Shown here: one piece after another, positions 8,398-17,591 of the stretch | Position numbering within the stretch: position 1 is the stretch's first letter | Layout: each line of letters opens with the position of its first letter | From: a virus | Lineage: Duplodnaviria > Heunggongvirae > Uroviricota > Caudoviricetes | DNA length: 64,000 bases | Reading direction: 5' to 3' (one strand) | Virus record (IMG/VR): IMGVR_UViG_3300020429_000539 | Location: 44,263-108,262 of that record | Notes under the pieces: model-generated | What the model was told of the DNA's origin: nothing | Database searches by the model: none | The model's input: only the letters and a program-made list of their open reading frames with translations | Translations under genes and position numbers: made by a program

Positions 8398-9582
8398 TCA
8401 CTTGTTTTCTTCGTAGTCTTCGATAAGCTCTTCCAGACTTTCGAATACTTTAGCGTTTTCATTTTTGTCTGGTAGTGTTGGGCCGATTGGTGGGAGCAAC
8501 TCGTTCTTGACCGCGTACTTGATCATCTCGTCGTAGACTTCTTGAAGGTTTTCTGCGAGAGGACCAAAGGTGATTGAGTTGGTAGGAACTCCGGTCAGAA
8601 TCCTTACGATACTGTGCGATATTTGAAACTTGTAACCGTAGCGAAGACCATCTTTGATGAGAACATTGGCGAGTCTTTCTGGTAACCATGTTCTCCAGTC
8701 AGGCACGTCTCGAACATCTACTCTATTGCCATCTGCATCTCGGTAGCCGCGATTTTCCATACGAAGGCAGGGGCCGGCGAGGTCTTCTATATGGGCTCCT
8801 GTTGCATCGCTATGAATATCAGGATTTGACCGTTGCCAGAAAGTCTCTAGCGCAAGCATAGGAAACTTGAACCACCATGGGGCGTTCATGTGGGGCTTAG
8901 GCTCGCCATAAATATTGCGACCCTGTATGGCTTTGATGCTTTGAATCAATGAGAGGAAGTAATAGTTGGGATGGTCAGGCCCGTAAACATCAGGTGGACC
9001 ATATGAGGCATCAAAACCTATCTCAATGTTTGGAGCTTTGAGCGCTGGCTCAATTGAGTGAAAAAGAACACTGAGCCACTCGTCTATTTTTCCTTCATCA
9101 AGCAATGGCTTGATATCAGGGTCGTATCGAAGCGTGCCAAAGTAGCAAAGAAACACTACATCAGGATAGTTTTCGTAGATTTCGGCAATACGCTCATAGA
9201 AGTGTTCGTAAGCAAAGGTCTGACCGTTTCGTTTGGCTTCAAGCAAAGCATCATAGGACATAGGCTCGCCCGTTCTGCCAGTTTTTCCGTGAGGAAGATG
9301 AATATGGAATCGTTTGACGCCTTTCTTGATTGAAGGCATAATGTATGTATCAAAAAACCAGTTGTAGCCGCTTTCTGGTATGCCCCATCCCATATTCCTA
9401 GTTTCAGGATTAGGCAGCGCAGAAGAGACGCTCCACATCGCGTAGAAGTTTTCTTCGAACTGCTGGTATGTATAATCGGGATGCCCAGTATATTCGGGAG
9501 CCTTGGGCACGGCTAGCTTAGCGGCAGATTGAGCCGAAAGAGTTTTGTTTACAAAAGTCGAGGTTATTTTTGCGTTTTGCAT
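8398..9582 (-). CDS. hypothetical protein, paralogous to 36550-37467
   Basis: 394-aa ORF; shares GVKRFHIHLPHGK, IGFDA and YGEPKP-like motifs with 36550-37467. Confidence 0.6.
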   Translation of the reverse strand: MQNAKITSTFVNKTLSAQSAAKLAVPKAPEYTGHPDYTYQQFEENFYAMWSVSSALPNPETRNMGWGIPESGYNWFFDTYIMPSIKKGVKRFHIHLPHGKTGRTGEPMSYDALLEAKRNGQTFAYEHFYERIAEIYENYPDVVFLCYFGTLRYDPDIKPLLDEGKIDEWLSVLFHSIEPALKAPNIEIGFDASYGPPDVYGPDHPNYYFLSLIQSIKAIQGRNIYGEPKPHMNAPWWFKFPMLALETFWQRSNPDIHSDATGAHIEDLAGPCLRMENRGYRDADGNRVDVRDVPDWRTWLPERLANVLIKDGLRYGYKFQISHSIVRILTGVPTNSITFGPLAENLQEVYDEMIKYAVKNELLPPIGPTLPDKNENAKVFESLEELIEDYEENK

Positions 9583-9708
9583 AAGGAAGTCTCCTAAAAG
9601 AGTTATCCTTATAATTCAACGCCAGGTATATTTTCCTCCTGTTAGGTGAGAATAATACCTGTTGAACAGCTTTCAGCTTTATACAAGCTGTATTTTATTT
9701 TGCGAAAA

Positions 9709-9755
9709 CAGGGCAGGAGGGACTCGAACCCCCGACATTCGAATTAGAAGTTCGG
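9709..9755 (-). pseudogene. 3' half of a split tRNA-Arg(UCU)
   Basis: CTAA-TTCGA-ATGTC-GGGGG-TTCGAGT-CCCTC-CTGCCCT-G; the acceptor strand pairs with the 5' half at 10611-10645. Confidence 0.8.
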
Positions 9756-9962
9756 CCACTTGAAAGATGGTAGAGTGTTATTTTGTAGAACTTTTATGGT
9801 TTCTTGTTCTTTGTTTATATGCACACTAAATTTAAGTTGCCTTCGATGCTTTGTCGTAGTAGATAGATAGATATAAAGATAATCTTTACAGACTTCTACT
9901 TTTTCAATGGCTTCAGGATTAACCGAAAAGCCTCTATTTTCAATAGGTATCATTATGGTCAT
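9744..9962 (-). CDS. hypothetical protein inside the split-tRNA insertion
   Basis: 72 aa; start overlaps the HNH stop, and its TAA lies in the anticodon loop of the 3' half. Confidence 0.5.
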   Translation of the reverse strand: MTIMIPIENRGFSVNPEAIEKVEVCKDYLYIYLSTTTKHRRQLKFSVHINKEQETIKVLQNNTLPSFKWPNF

Positions 9963-10477
9963 TCCAATACTCCCTGTGGGTTATGTAATTCAGCATGACA
10001 ATTGCGACAAACTAGGTCGCATTTGGCAAGCTCTTTGTCAATATCTACCTGTTTTCTGGTTCGTAGCTTGTTCCATTGGAACTCTTTTGTACTGCCATTT
10101 CTATGATGAAACTCAAGTGCAGCATAGTTCTTATTATATCCACAAATCGAGCAGCCTCCCCCTTTTTGTTTGATGGCTTCAATTTTTCGCTTTTGCCACC
10201 TTTCAACGCAGTATGCATTAAAGCAGGATTTGCAATAAGAGAGCAATCTATTTGTTTTTCCCTTAGTATTAAATTGGTCAAACGATTTTTCTTCTTTACA
10301 TCTGGCGCATGTTTTTGTAGTATTTGATATTCTATGTATCTGTTTTGTATTATGTTCCCCAAAAGGAGAACATTGAAGACAGTATTTTCTGTTTTGGAGG
10401 TTTCTTTTTTTGTCATCTACTACAATAGACGCTGGTATATTTTCACCGCAATTGCGACACTGGTTAGCCATAAGCAT
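9959..10477 (-). CDS. HNH endonuclease
   Basis: Several CxxC fingers; ALEFHHR...KCDLVCRNCHAELH. Confidence 0.85.
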   Translation of the reverse strand: MLMANQCRNCGENIPASIVVDDKKRNLQNRKYCLQCSPFGEHNTKQIHRISNTTKTCARCKEEKSFDQFNTKGKTNRLLSYCKSCFNAYCVERWQKRKIEAIKQKGGGCSICGYNKNYAALEFHHRNGSTKEFQWNKLRTRKQVDIDKELAKCDLVCRNCHAELHNPQGVLE

Positions 10478-10537
10478 TCTCCTTGAATACTTATTGCTAG
10501 CCTAACCGGATAATACCTTTATGTCTAATCTAGAAAA

Positions 10538-10610
10538 TAGGTCCACTGGGATTCGAACCCAGAATATCGGTTTAGAAGACCGATGTGATATCCGGTTTCA
10601 CCATAGACCC
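10538..10610 (-). tRNA. tRNA-Arg(UCU), replacement copy
   Basis: GGGTCTA/TGGACCT acceptor; TCGGT-CTTCTAA-ACCGA anticodon arm; CTGGG-TTCGAAT-CCCAG T arm. Confidence 0.85.
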
Positions 10611-10645
10611 AAATCCGACGCTCTGTCCAACTGAGCTACTGCCCC
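10611..10645 (-). pseudogene. 5' half of the split tRNA-Arg(UCU)
   Basis: GGGGCAG-TA-GCTC-AGTTGGACA-GAGC-G-TCGGA-TTT, ending at anticodon position 34. Confidence 0.8.
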
Positions 10646-10650
10646 GTGGG

Positions 10651-11676
10651 TTAGGCTTTTGCTGTCTGCTTGACTTGTTCAGCCACCCATTGATAGGTCA
10701 AGGTCATTCCTTCTCGTGTAGAAATACTAGGCGACCACCCAAGAACCTTTTGAATCAGTGTGTTATCGCTTGCCCTGCCGTCTGCGCCTGTTGCGCCCTC
10801 AACATGCTGCTTTTCGATGTTTTTGCCAGCGATTTCAGCAACAAGGTCAACAAACTCATCAATTGTGTATATCTCGTCTGAGCCGATATTGATAGGCTCA
10901 TGAAAATCAGAGCGAGTCAATCGCCAAATGCCTTCAATAGCGTCTGCGATGTAGCAGAAGGTTCGTCGTTGTTTTCCGTCTCCCCAGACTTCAATGCTGC
11001 CAGATTCTCCCTCGACTTCAGCAACCTTGCGAGAGATAGCAGCAGGCACCTTTTCTCTGCCACCTGTCCAGGAGCCGTGAGGACCGTAGATAGCATGGAA
11101 TCGGGCGACATAGACAGGAATGCCGTGGTCTTCCATAAAGTTGAGGCACATGCGTTCGCTAAACAGTTTCTCCCAGCCGTATCCGTCTTCAGCTTCGGCA
11201 GGATACGCCATGTCTTCGGTTAGCCCCTTGCCATTATCAAGGTCAGTTTTCTTGTTGCCGTAGATGCAGGCTGAGCTTGCGTAGAAATATTTGTTGGGCT
11301 TATGAATTCGGGCGCATGCATCGAGCAGGTGGGTATTGATGAGGACGTTGAGCATGCAATCGGCCTTGTAGTCGGTGATAAAGCCGATACCGCCCATGTT
11401 ACAGGCGAGATTGAAGACCTCTTCTGGTTTGATTTGCTCGATGATGCGGTCGCAGTTTTCTCGTAGGGTCAGGTCGGTGTTATCGATATTATGGACTCGA
11501 CCTGAGGTATCGGCTTGCCACCACTCATCGAGAGGCTTTATGTCTACCGCAGCAACGCGGAAGCCTTTGTTTACCAGAAACTTGACAAGGTGGCCTCCGA
11601 TGAATCCACCTGCTCCGCAGACGAGGGCATCGTATGTATTAAACATGGGTTCGTTCGCCTCTGTTAAATCTTCCAT
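10651..11676 (-). CDS. NAD-dependent nucleotide-sugar epimerase (GDP-mannose 3,5-epimerase-like)
   Basis: LVCGAGGFIGGH Rossmann motif; YASSAC; YGWEKLFSE (YxxxK). Confidence 0.9.
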   Translation of the reverse strand: MEDLTEANEPMFNTYDALVCGAGGFIGGHLVKFLVNKGFRVAAVDIKPLDEWWQADTSGRVHNIDNTDLTLRENCDRIIEQIKPEEVFNLACNMGGIGFITDYKADCMLNVLINTHLLDACARIHKPNKYFYASSACIYGNKKTDLDNGKGLTEDMAYPAEAEDGYGWEKLFSERMCLNFMEDHGIPVYVARFHAIYGPHGSWTGGREKVPAAISRKVAEVEGESGSIEVWGDGKQRRTFCYIADAIEGIWRLTRSDFHEPINIGSDEIYTIDEFVDLVAEIAGKNIEKQHVEGATGADGRASDNTLIQKVLGWSPSISTREGMTLTYQWVAEQVKQTAKA

Positions 11677-11790
11677 CTGTGTTCCTAAGAATAACTGATT
11701 TTGGGTTCACTCTCAAGGAGTTCTTGTACGAATTTGTATTTATAAGTGTCACTTGGTGTACCACCTCATTGCTAAAAGGAGAAAGCATAG

Positions 11791-12144
11791 ATGCCCAAGC
11801 ACACTAAAGGTTTTATCGGCGGTCTTATCGGTTTTGGCCTAGGCCTTGTTGTATCGTTTTCGCTTACGGTTGCTGTTCGCAGCGCTTACAACCACGCAAC
11901 GGCTGAGTTCGATGATAGTCGAGAAATCGACACTATCGGCATGGCTTATCGCTCTCTACTCAATATGCCTGAATACACAGCAAGCGTGCCGTTTGTTGAA
12001 GTAGACATTGACTCAAATGGGGAAACTGTTTATTGCGCAACAAAGCTATCGCATGCTGTTCTACCTGTTATAGAAGAAGGCTCTAAAGAGGGTTGCTGCG
12101 GTTCTGATTGTGGTAATTGCATCGCAGTTGAATGCAGGCAATAA
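11791..12144 (+). CDS. hypothetical membrane-anchored protein
   Basis: AAAGGAG SD; N-terminal TM helix; Cys-rich C-terminus; followed by a hairpin and T tract. Confidence 0.6.
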   Translation: MPKHTKGFIGGLIGFGLGLVVSFSLTVAVRSAYNHATAEFDDSREIDTIGMAYRSLLNMPEYTASVPFVEVDIDSNGETVYCATKLSHAVLPVIEEGSKEGCCGSDCGNCIAVECRQ

Positions 12145-12195
12145 CACATTCTTTTTCTACTCCTTACCTAACCGTAAGGAGTCGTTTTATTTGCT

Positions 12196-12513
12196 TTAAT
12201 TACTGGTCTTTTTGGAATTTGCTTTTCTTGCAGCAATCCGTTTTTCTTCTCTGATGACCATAACTGCGCCTGCAATCATATGAGCGATTCCCCACAAGCA
12301 GACGCCACCAGCAATGGTATAAGCCATCAACTCGGATGCGGTTATCATCGCGACCAGAGGCATGGTCGCTGTAGCGCAAAGAATGAGCAATGCGCCAAAG
12401 CAAAAGTTCTCAGCATGGCTGTGATAGAAGTTGCGAAACACAGGTCCAACGACGTACCAGTGAATAGGCTTCGTCCAGTTGGGCATTCTCATGATAAATG
12501 ATGAAATTGACAT
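12196..12513 (-). CDS. small membrane protein
   Basis: Two hydrophobic helices; AAGGAG SD and promoter motif upstream. Confidence 0.6.
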   Translation of the reverse strand: MSISSFIMRMPNWTKPIHWYVVGPVFRNFYHSHAENFCFGALLILCATATMPLVAMITASELMAYTIAGGVCLWGIAHMIAGAVMVIREEKRIAARKANSKKTSN

Positions 12514-12567
12514 ACATGCTCCTTATGGGGCATTATATCATGCTTTAGCTTTCACCTGTATAAGATT

Positions 12568-13038
12568 TTAGTTATCTGATTCCAAACGACCTGTTCGGCC
12601 TTTGAGCTTGGCAAGCTTCGATTCGATATTACGAACTTTAGAATCTATTGCCATACCTTGTTCAATAATATTGACAACAGACCTCATGGATTCGGCTATG
12701 TCGTCTTTAACGATATAGTCGGTAAGTCCAAGCTTCATGGCCGTGACAGCTACATTTTCATTGCCTTTACCTGTGAACATTACGATAGGAGTAAGGTCAT
12801 CTCTTTTGCGAACAGCCTTGATGATTTCTAAACCAGATTCGCCTGGTAAGATGTAATCAAGTATGTAGCAATCAAATCCATTTTTGTGAGCTTCAATATG
12901 CGCAAGAGCATCTTCTGCATTATTAAATCTAACAATATCTGCATCGATAATGCTGTTTAGGTTTCGCTCGATACTCATAAAATCTACATCATCGTCTTCG
13001 ACGACCATGAGTCTATAACTGTTCTTATTTTCTGTCAT
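12568..13038 (-). CDS. response regulator (receiver domain)
   Basis: MVVEDD, ILDYILPGESG (phospho-Asp), MFTGKG, YIVK. Confidence 0.9.
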   Translation of the reverse strand: MTENKNSYRLMVVEDDDVDFMSIERNLNSIIDADIVRFNNAEDALAHIEAHKNGFDCYILDYILPGESGLEIIKAVRKRDDLTPIVMFTGKGNENVAVTAMKLGLTDYIVKDDIAESMRSVVNIIEQGMAIDSKVRNIESKLAKLKGRTGRLESDN

Positions 13039-13444
13039 TTGGAACCTCACAAATAGACCAATAAGCATTGATAGTCTTGAGTATATCAACAAAGTCATCA
13101 AACTGTAGGGGTTTGATGACATAACCTTGTATACCTGTATCGTAGGCTGTGTCTTTGTCTGATTCTTCCGTAGATACTGTCATTACGATAACAGGTACTT
13201 TGTTGTACTCGGGATGGCTTCTGAGTAGCTTAAGAAACTCATGACCTCCCATCTGAGGCATGCTGAGGTCTAAGAAAATAATGATTGGATGCTCGATTTC
13301 GCCGCTTGTCAATATTTGCCAAGCCTCTGCTCCATCCTTGGCGCGTATAATAGGATTAATGATATTGATTTTTTGAAGAGAACGCTCGACATTCATGAAG
13401 TCAACGTCGTCATCTTCAATGACAAATATATTAAATCTCCTCAT
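13025..13444 (-). CDS. single-domain response regulator (Rcp1-like)
   Basis: VIEDD, FLDLSMPQMGG, VMTVS, YVIKP. Confidence 0.9.
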   Translation of the reverse strand: MRRFNIFVIEDDDVDFMNVERSLQKINIINPIIRAKDGAEAWQILTSGEIEHPIIIFLDLSMPQMGGHEFLKLLRSHPEYNKVPVIVMTVSTEESDKDTAYDTGIQGYVIKPLQFDDFVDILKTINAYWSICEVPNDRK

Positions 13445-13445
13445 A

Positions 13446-15026
13446 CTATCTCTCTCTCTTGGGCCAGGTGAAGTAAAAGGTACTTCCTTTACCTATTTGT
13501 GAAGAAACTCTAACGTTTCCTCCGAGTTGTGTTACAATTCTTTTGACAAGAGCGAGGCCAACGCCTACACCTTCTCCATCATCTTTAGGTGTTAGTTTAC
13601 TGAACATATCAAAAATCTTGTCATGGAACTTTTTATCGATTCCTTTGCCATTATCTTTGACATAAAACTCATAGAACTTTTCATTATCGCTACAGCCTAT
13701 TTTAATTGACGGTACTTCAGAATCGTTGTATTTTATAGCATTATCAACAAGATTGGATATTACCTGGGTAAAACGGGTTTGGTTGCCATAGATTACAGGC
13801 ATATTTTTGACATTGAACTCAGCGTTTCGACCTATCATTCCAATAACATTTTGGATCGCTTCTTGAGTATCGAACTCCTCTACTTCTGTGTCTTGCCTCC
13901 CGATGCGAGAGTATTCGAGCAGCCCATCTATTAGTTTCTGCATACGACCAGTTCGTTCGCGTAGTAGTCCGAGTTTGTGAGCTATATCTGGATCTATTGC
14001 TGTGCCTATATCCTCGGCGATCCATTGAGATAGATTGTCTATACCTCGTAGCGGCGCTTTCAAGTCATGAGAAATAGCATAAGCAAATGATTCAAGTTCT
14101 TGATTAGATTGTAGAATATCAGATTTGATATCTAGCATATCTTGGTCGCTTTGTTTTTGATCAGTTATATCAATAACTTCTACAATAAAATGCAGGTTTT
14201 TACCCTGTCTATCACGTATCATACTAACAGTTATTTCTACCCAAACAATATGTCCGTTTTTGTGTATATATCGCTTTTCAAGCGTGTAGTTATCTATTTT
14301 ATTATCTATCGTCTGTTGAACGAGATAAAGGTCTGTGTTAAGGTCATCTTTGTATGTTATGTCCTGAAAAGTCATATTCATCAGTTCAGATTCATCATAA
14401 CCCAAAATTTCATATAGTCTTGGGTTAGCCTTGATAAATCGGCCATCAAGAGCAACGTGGCATTTGCCTATTCTGGAATATCGGAATAGATTTTCTAGCA
14501 GGTCTCTTTCTGTTTTTGCTTTTTTTAGGGCTTGGATGCCCTCTGGCATTAGTTTAGCAGTTACCGCAAAAGCTATTAGCGAAATGATGGCTGTAAAAGT
14601 ATGCCATAAAGCAAGAAACCTGTAAATAGGCCAGTAAAAAATGGATGCATCTATTGCGTGACCAACGCCGCAAAGCATAATAAACAGGGCGAACAGCCAT
14701 AGCACTCCATTATATGATGAGCCTTGATTGCGTATGTAGTAAATAATAAGAGCAGATATTGCTATATAAGCTAAGCTAGTCGCTATATTGGCGCAGATAA
14801 AGAGCCAGCCTGTGAAGGCTGACCAGTTACCACAATTCCATCTTGCAGGATAATCAGATGTATCGAATAGTTTAGCGATGAACCATCCGTTATTGTCTGA
14901 TGCTGCGTAACTTACGCACAGGTCACAATCGTTAGCCTTTTCGGATATTGTCGATTGTGCAATAGACAAGCTTGCAGATGATATCGCTAATACGAGACAA
15001 GCAAAAACAAAGGCTTTTTTGAACAT
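13446..15026 (-). CDS. membrane sensor histidine kinase (TM sensor, PAS, HisKA, HATPase)
   Basis: H box FAYAISHDLKAPL; N box NLVDNAIKY; G boxes VKDNGKGI and GVGVGL; PAS-PAC segment; ETR1-like TM motif FIMLCGVGH. Start moved to ATG 15026 because the longer ORF overlaps a tRNA. Confidence 0.9.
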   Translation of the reverse strand: MFKKAFVFACLVLAISSASLSIAQSTISEKANDCDLCVSYAASDNNGWFIAKLFDTSDYPARWNCGNWSAFTGWLFICANIATSLAYIAISALIIYYIRNQGSSYNGVLWLFALFIMLCGVGHAIDASIFYWPIYRFLALWHTFTAIISLIAFAVTAKLMPEGIQALKKAKTERDLLENLFRYSRIGKCHVALDGRFIKANPRLYEILGYDESELMNMTFQDITYKDDLNTDLYLVQQTIDNKIDNYTLEKRYIHKNGHIVWVEITVSMIRDRQGKNLHFIVEVIDITDQKQSDQDMLDIKSDILQSNQELESFAYAISHDLKAPLRGIDNLSQWIAEDIGTAIDPDIAHKLGLLRERTGRMQKLIDGLLEYSRIGRQDTEVEEFDTQEAIQNVIGMIGRNAEFNVKNMPVIYGNQTRFTQVISNLVDNAIKYNDSEVPSIKIGCSDNEKFYEFYVKDNGKGIDKKFHDKIFDMFSKLTPKDDGEGVGVGLALVKRIVTQLGGNVRVSSQIGKGSTFYFTWPKRER

Positions 15027-15106
15027 AACTCTCATTTCTAGAAGTGAATTCGTACACAGAATTCTTCTAGACAGAAAGTATAAAACCTTGTTATTGTTGT
15101 CGGAAA

Positions 15107-15178
15107 TCCGCCCGGAGGGATTCGAACCCCCGGCCAATTGGTTAAAAGCCAACTGCTCTACCGCTGAGCTACGGGCGG
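15107..15178 (-). tRNA. tRNA-Lys(UUU)
   Basis: Canonical cloverleaf; GTTGG-CTTTTAA-CCAAT. Confidence 0.9.
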
Positions 15179-15185
15179 CTAATGA

Positions 15186-15443
15186 TTATGCTGCGCTGTC
15201 AAGAACCTTCTCGCCAGCAAGCTGCCTGCGAATCGCAAAAATGAGAGCGTCAACCTGCTCGCTGGTCAGCCTCTTGTTGTCCTTCGTGCGAACAAAGACC
15301 GGCAGATGTTTGACAAGCTCTTCCTCTGTCACGAGGGCATTGATTTCGTCTTCCGAAAGAGACTGCGCCGCTGCCCTAGCCTGATTGGCGCGCTCAATCT
15401 TTTCTGCTCTACGTCTTTCCATTTCTTGACGGTCCATTTTCAT
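15186..15443 (-). CDS. hypothetical protein
   Basis: 85 aa; ATGA overlap with the upstream ORF. Confidence 0.55.
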   Translation of the reverse strand: MKMDRQEMERRRAEKIERANQARAAAQSLSEDEINALVTEEELVKHLPVFVRTKDNKRLTSEQVDALIFAIRRQLAGEKVLDSAA

Positions 15444-15655
15444 TCGATTTCCTTTATGAGACGTTCAAGCTCTTCTTCCGCTGCTTTCATCGCGTCATCG
15501 CATTCATTGTAGTAATCAAGCATGACGCCAGTATCGCCAACGATGACGTTTGCTGTCCAGCCTTTTTTATCTAGAAACACACCTGCCCCGCGAAACTCGG
15601 TGCCTGTTTTCCAAGTGTCATCTCGTTCATCGAATGACCATTTATGATCGCTCAT
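15440..15655 (-). CDS. hypothetical protein
   Basis: 71 aa; ATGA overlaps on both sides. Confidence 0.55.
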   Translation of the reverse strand: MSDHKWSFDERDDTWKTGTEFRGAGVFLDKKGWTANVIVGDTGVMLDYYNECDDAMKAAEEELERLIKEIE

Positions 15656-16098
15656 TCTTTAGGCTCAATGCTGACAACCTTACCGATACCATCGTATTCG
15701 ATGATAACGTATTCGTCAATAGGAAAAGGCTTTGAATACAGCCCGTCGAAGTCATGGTGTCTGCCATCTTTGAAATGGATACGAGTAAACTTATTGGACT
15801 GATGGGTGATATGAATGCGAATACCCGGCTTCGGGTCACCATTTTCGTCCCTGTCATCTTCAAACGGGTCAGGACGGTTAAGCTGTTCAACATGCGAGAT
15901 TGTGCCTTCGATTGTATATCGCTCAGCCTTGAGGATTGCAGCCTGTTCTTCCATATGCTCTGAAATGGCTTTTGGAATAACGGCAATCATAGTGATCAAG
16001 AGCGATATAATCGCAAGTGTCATGACCATGCAACCAATTGCCTCAACGATGCTGCCGTCAAAATCGTCGCTATCGCTTTTCGGCCTGATTGACTTCAT
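15652..16098 (-). CDS. hypothetical membrane-anchored protein
   Basis: 148 aa with one TM helix. Confidence 0.55.
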   Translation of the reverse strand: MKSIRPKSDSDDFDGSIVEAIGCMVMTLAIISLLITMIAVIPKAISEHMEEQAAILKAERYTIEGTISHVEQLNRPDPFEDDRDENGDPKPGIRIHITHQSNKFTRIHFKDGRHHDFDGLYSKPFPIDEYVIIEYDGIGKVVSIEPKE

Positions 16099-16353
16099 TG
16101 TGTTCCGCCGCTATGCGGCAGACAGGGCAGGGGTTCGCCTAGTCAACAGGGCTTCGCCTTTGTCCTGAATGCCTTTTCGCCAGATGACGACAGCAGCAAA
16201 GCCTGTGACAGCCGCGTAAGGGCAGATGGGAGCCAAAGCTGCTGATGCCAATAGAGCGATTCCGAGTGATGCTTTTCGAGTAATCTGTGTCATTTTTGAC
16301 CTCCTGCCATTATATCGGCAAGAAGCTTTCACCCGTAACACTATTCACTCGAT

Positions 16354-16815
16354 TCAACAACAAGGCACGGGGCCATCGATTCGCTGAAACTTTCTGCCTT
16401 GAGGAATTTGAAAGGCTTGAATCAGGTCCACAACGTCCATGGAGTTGATGAAACCATCGAGGTTGTAGTCATATTCATTGCTGTAGTAGTAAAATAGGTC
16501 TTCTGAAGTCAGCACGCCATCCATGTTCAGGTCAGCAGGGTGATACGTCCAGGTAAGTGCTATTTCTGCGCGATTGGGTTCGTTCCTGTCATCCGGCTCT
16601 TCAAGAATGCGAATGTCGTACTGTCTGTTCAAATTAAGAGCGAGAACAATCTCAGAATCAAAGCAGGTAGGGTATTGCCAATCAAGGCAATCAGAGGTAG
16701 TTAGTTCGCCAAAGATGACTGTTCCTGCCCAGACTTCACGAGCAGGAGGTATAACCTCGGCAACTTCTGCGTTACGAAACGACAAACCCGCGATGGTCAC
16801 GAGTATTTCAATCAT
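16354..16815 (-). CDS. protein with C-terminal dockerin/EF-hand-like repeats
   Basis: PADLNMDGVLTSEDL and YDYNLDGFINSMDV (two DxNxDG Ca-binding loops). Confidence 0.65.
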   Translation of the reverse strand: MIEILVTIAGLSFRNAEVAEVIPPAREVWAGTVIFGELTTSDCLDWQYPTCFDSEIVLALNLNRQYDIRILEEPDDRNEPNRAEIALTWTYHPADLNMDGVLTSEDLFYYYSNEYDYNLDGFINSMDVVDLIQAFQIPQGRKFQRIDGPVPCC

Positions 16816-17116
16816 CGCCTGGTTGCTTCTGTGATTCACGGATGCGTTTGGCGGGGTCTTCAACAGACCTCTTCATGACTTCTTTGACGACATCACGGAG
16901 GCTCATCGGCTTACCTGCCTCGTCAAAGGCAACAGCTTCAGGATTCTTGCGCTTCAGTTCTTCGGCGTTATGACGGCCAGTTTTGAAGAGGCCTTCATCG
17001 AGAAGCTTTTTGAAGCGGGCTTCATGCCGTCTTTGGTCTCTATCAAGCTTATTGTAGAGGACTGCGATACCTGCGCCAACGGCAGTTGCGGTCCAGATGA
17101 TCTGCTTCAATCCCAT
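16808..17116 (-). CDS. hypothetical membrane-anchored protein
   Basis: AAGGAG SD; N-terminal hydrophobic helix. Confidence 0.55.
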   Translation of the reverse strand: MGLKQIIWTATAVGAGIAVLYNKLDRDQRRHEARFKKLLDEGLFKTGRHNAEELKRKNPEAVAFDEAGKPMSLRDVVKEVMKRSVEDPAKRIRESQKQPGDD

Positions 17117-17180
17117 TGGTCTGCTCCTTTTCCTTGCATTGTAGCACGGTTTGATTATTCACCTGAATCATGAAGCTACG

Positions 17181-17543
17181 CTACCAGATGCCCCAATGAG
17201 CGTCAGTCTCAACATCAGGCTTGAGTTCAACCATGTCTAGTTTGTCTGCAAGGATTTGCTTAAGGCCGTATTGAGTGCCGAAGGGAGGTAGTTCATCGAG
17301 TTCATCTTGGGCCTGGTCCCATTCTTCTTCGGTTATCTTACCGGCTTCTTTTTTGGCGAAAAGCTCATTGCATTTTTCGCGATAAACAGCATAATCACGG
17401 TCATACTGTTTTTCGATTGGCTCGATGATCGCACGAAGTTCTTCTTCTGTGTATTTCTTAGTAGAAGCCATCCAGAACTCTTGCTCATAGGTAATAAACC
17501 TGTAGAGATAGATTGGGTTTCCATCTTTATCGAAGAAAAACAT
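17181..17543 (-). CDS. hypothetical protein
   Basis: GGAGG SD six nt before ATG 17543; promoter motif upstream. Confidence 0.55.
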   Translation of the reverse strand: MFFFDKDGNPIYLYRFITYEQEFWMASTKKYTEEELRAIIEPIEKQYDRDYAVYREKCNELFAKKEAGKITEEEWDQAQDELDELPPFGTQYGLKQILADKLDMVELKPDVETDAHWGIW

Positions 17544-17591
17544 GAGGGCCTCCACGTACATACTATCGATCATTTCTTTCACTTGCAACAG

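Larger units (their letters stand above)
9756..10610 (-). mobile_element. HNH cassette carrying a replacement tRNA-Arg(UCU), inserted in a tRNA-Arg(UCU) gene
   Basis: Bounded by complementary tRNA halves; contains an intact tRNA-Arg(UCU), an HNH gene and a small ORF. Confidence 0.7.

Noticed and set aside
15027-15152. N-terminal extension of the histidine kinase given in the ORF track
   Set aside because: It overlaps tRNA-Lys; the signal-peptide-like start at 15026 is more plausible.
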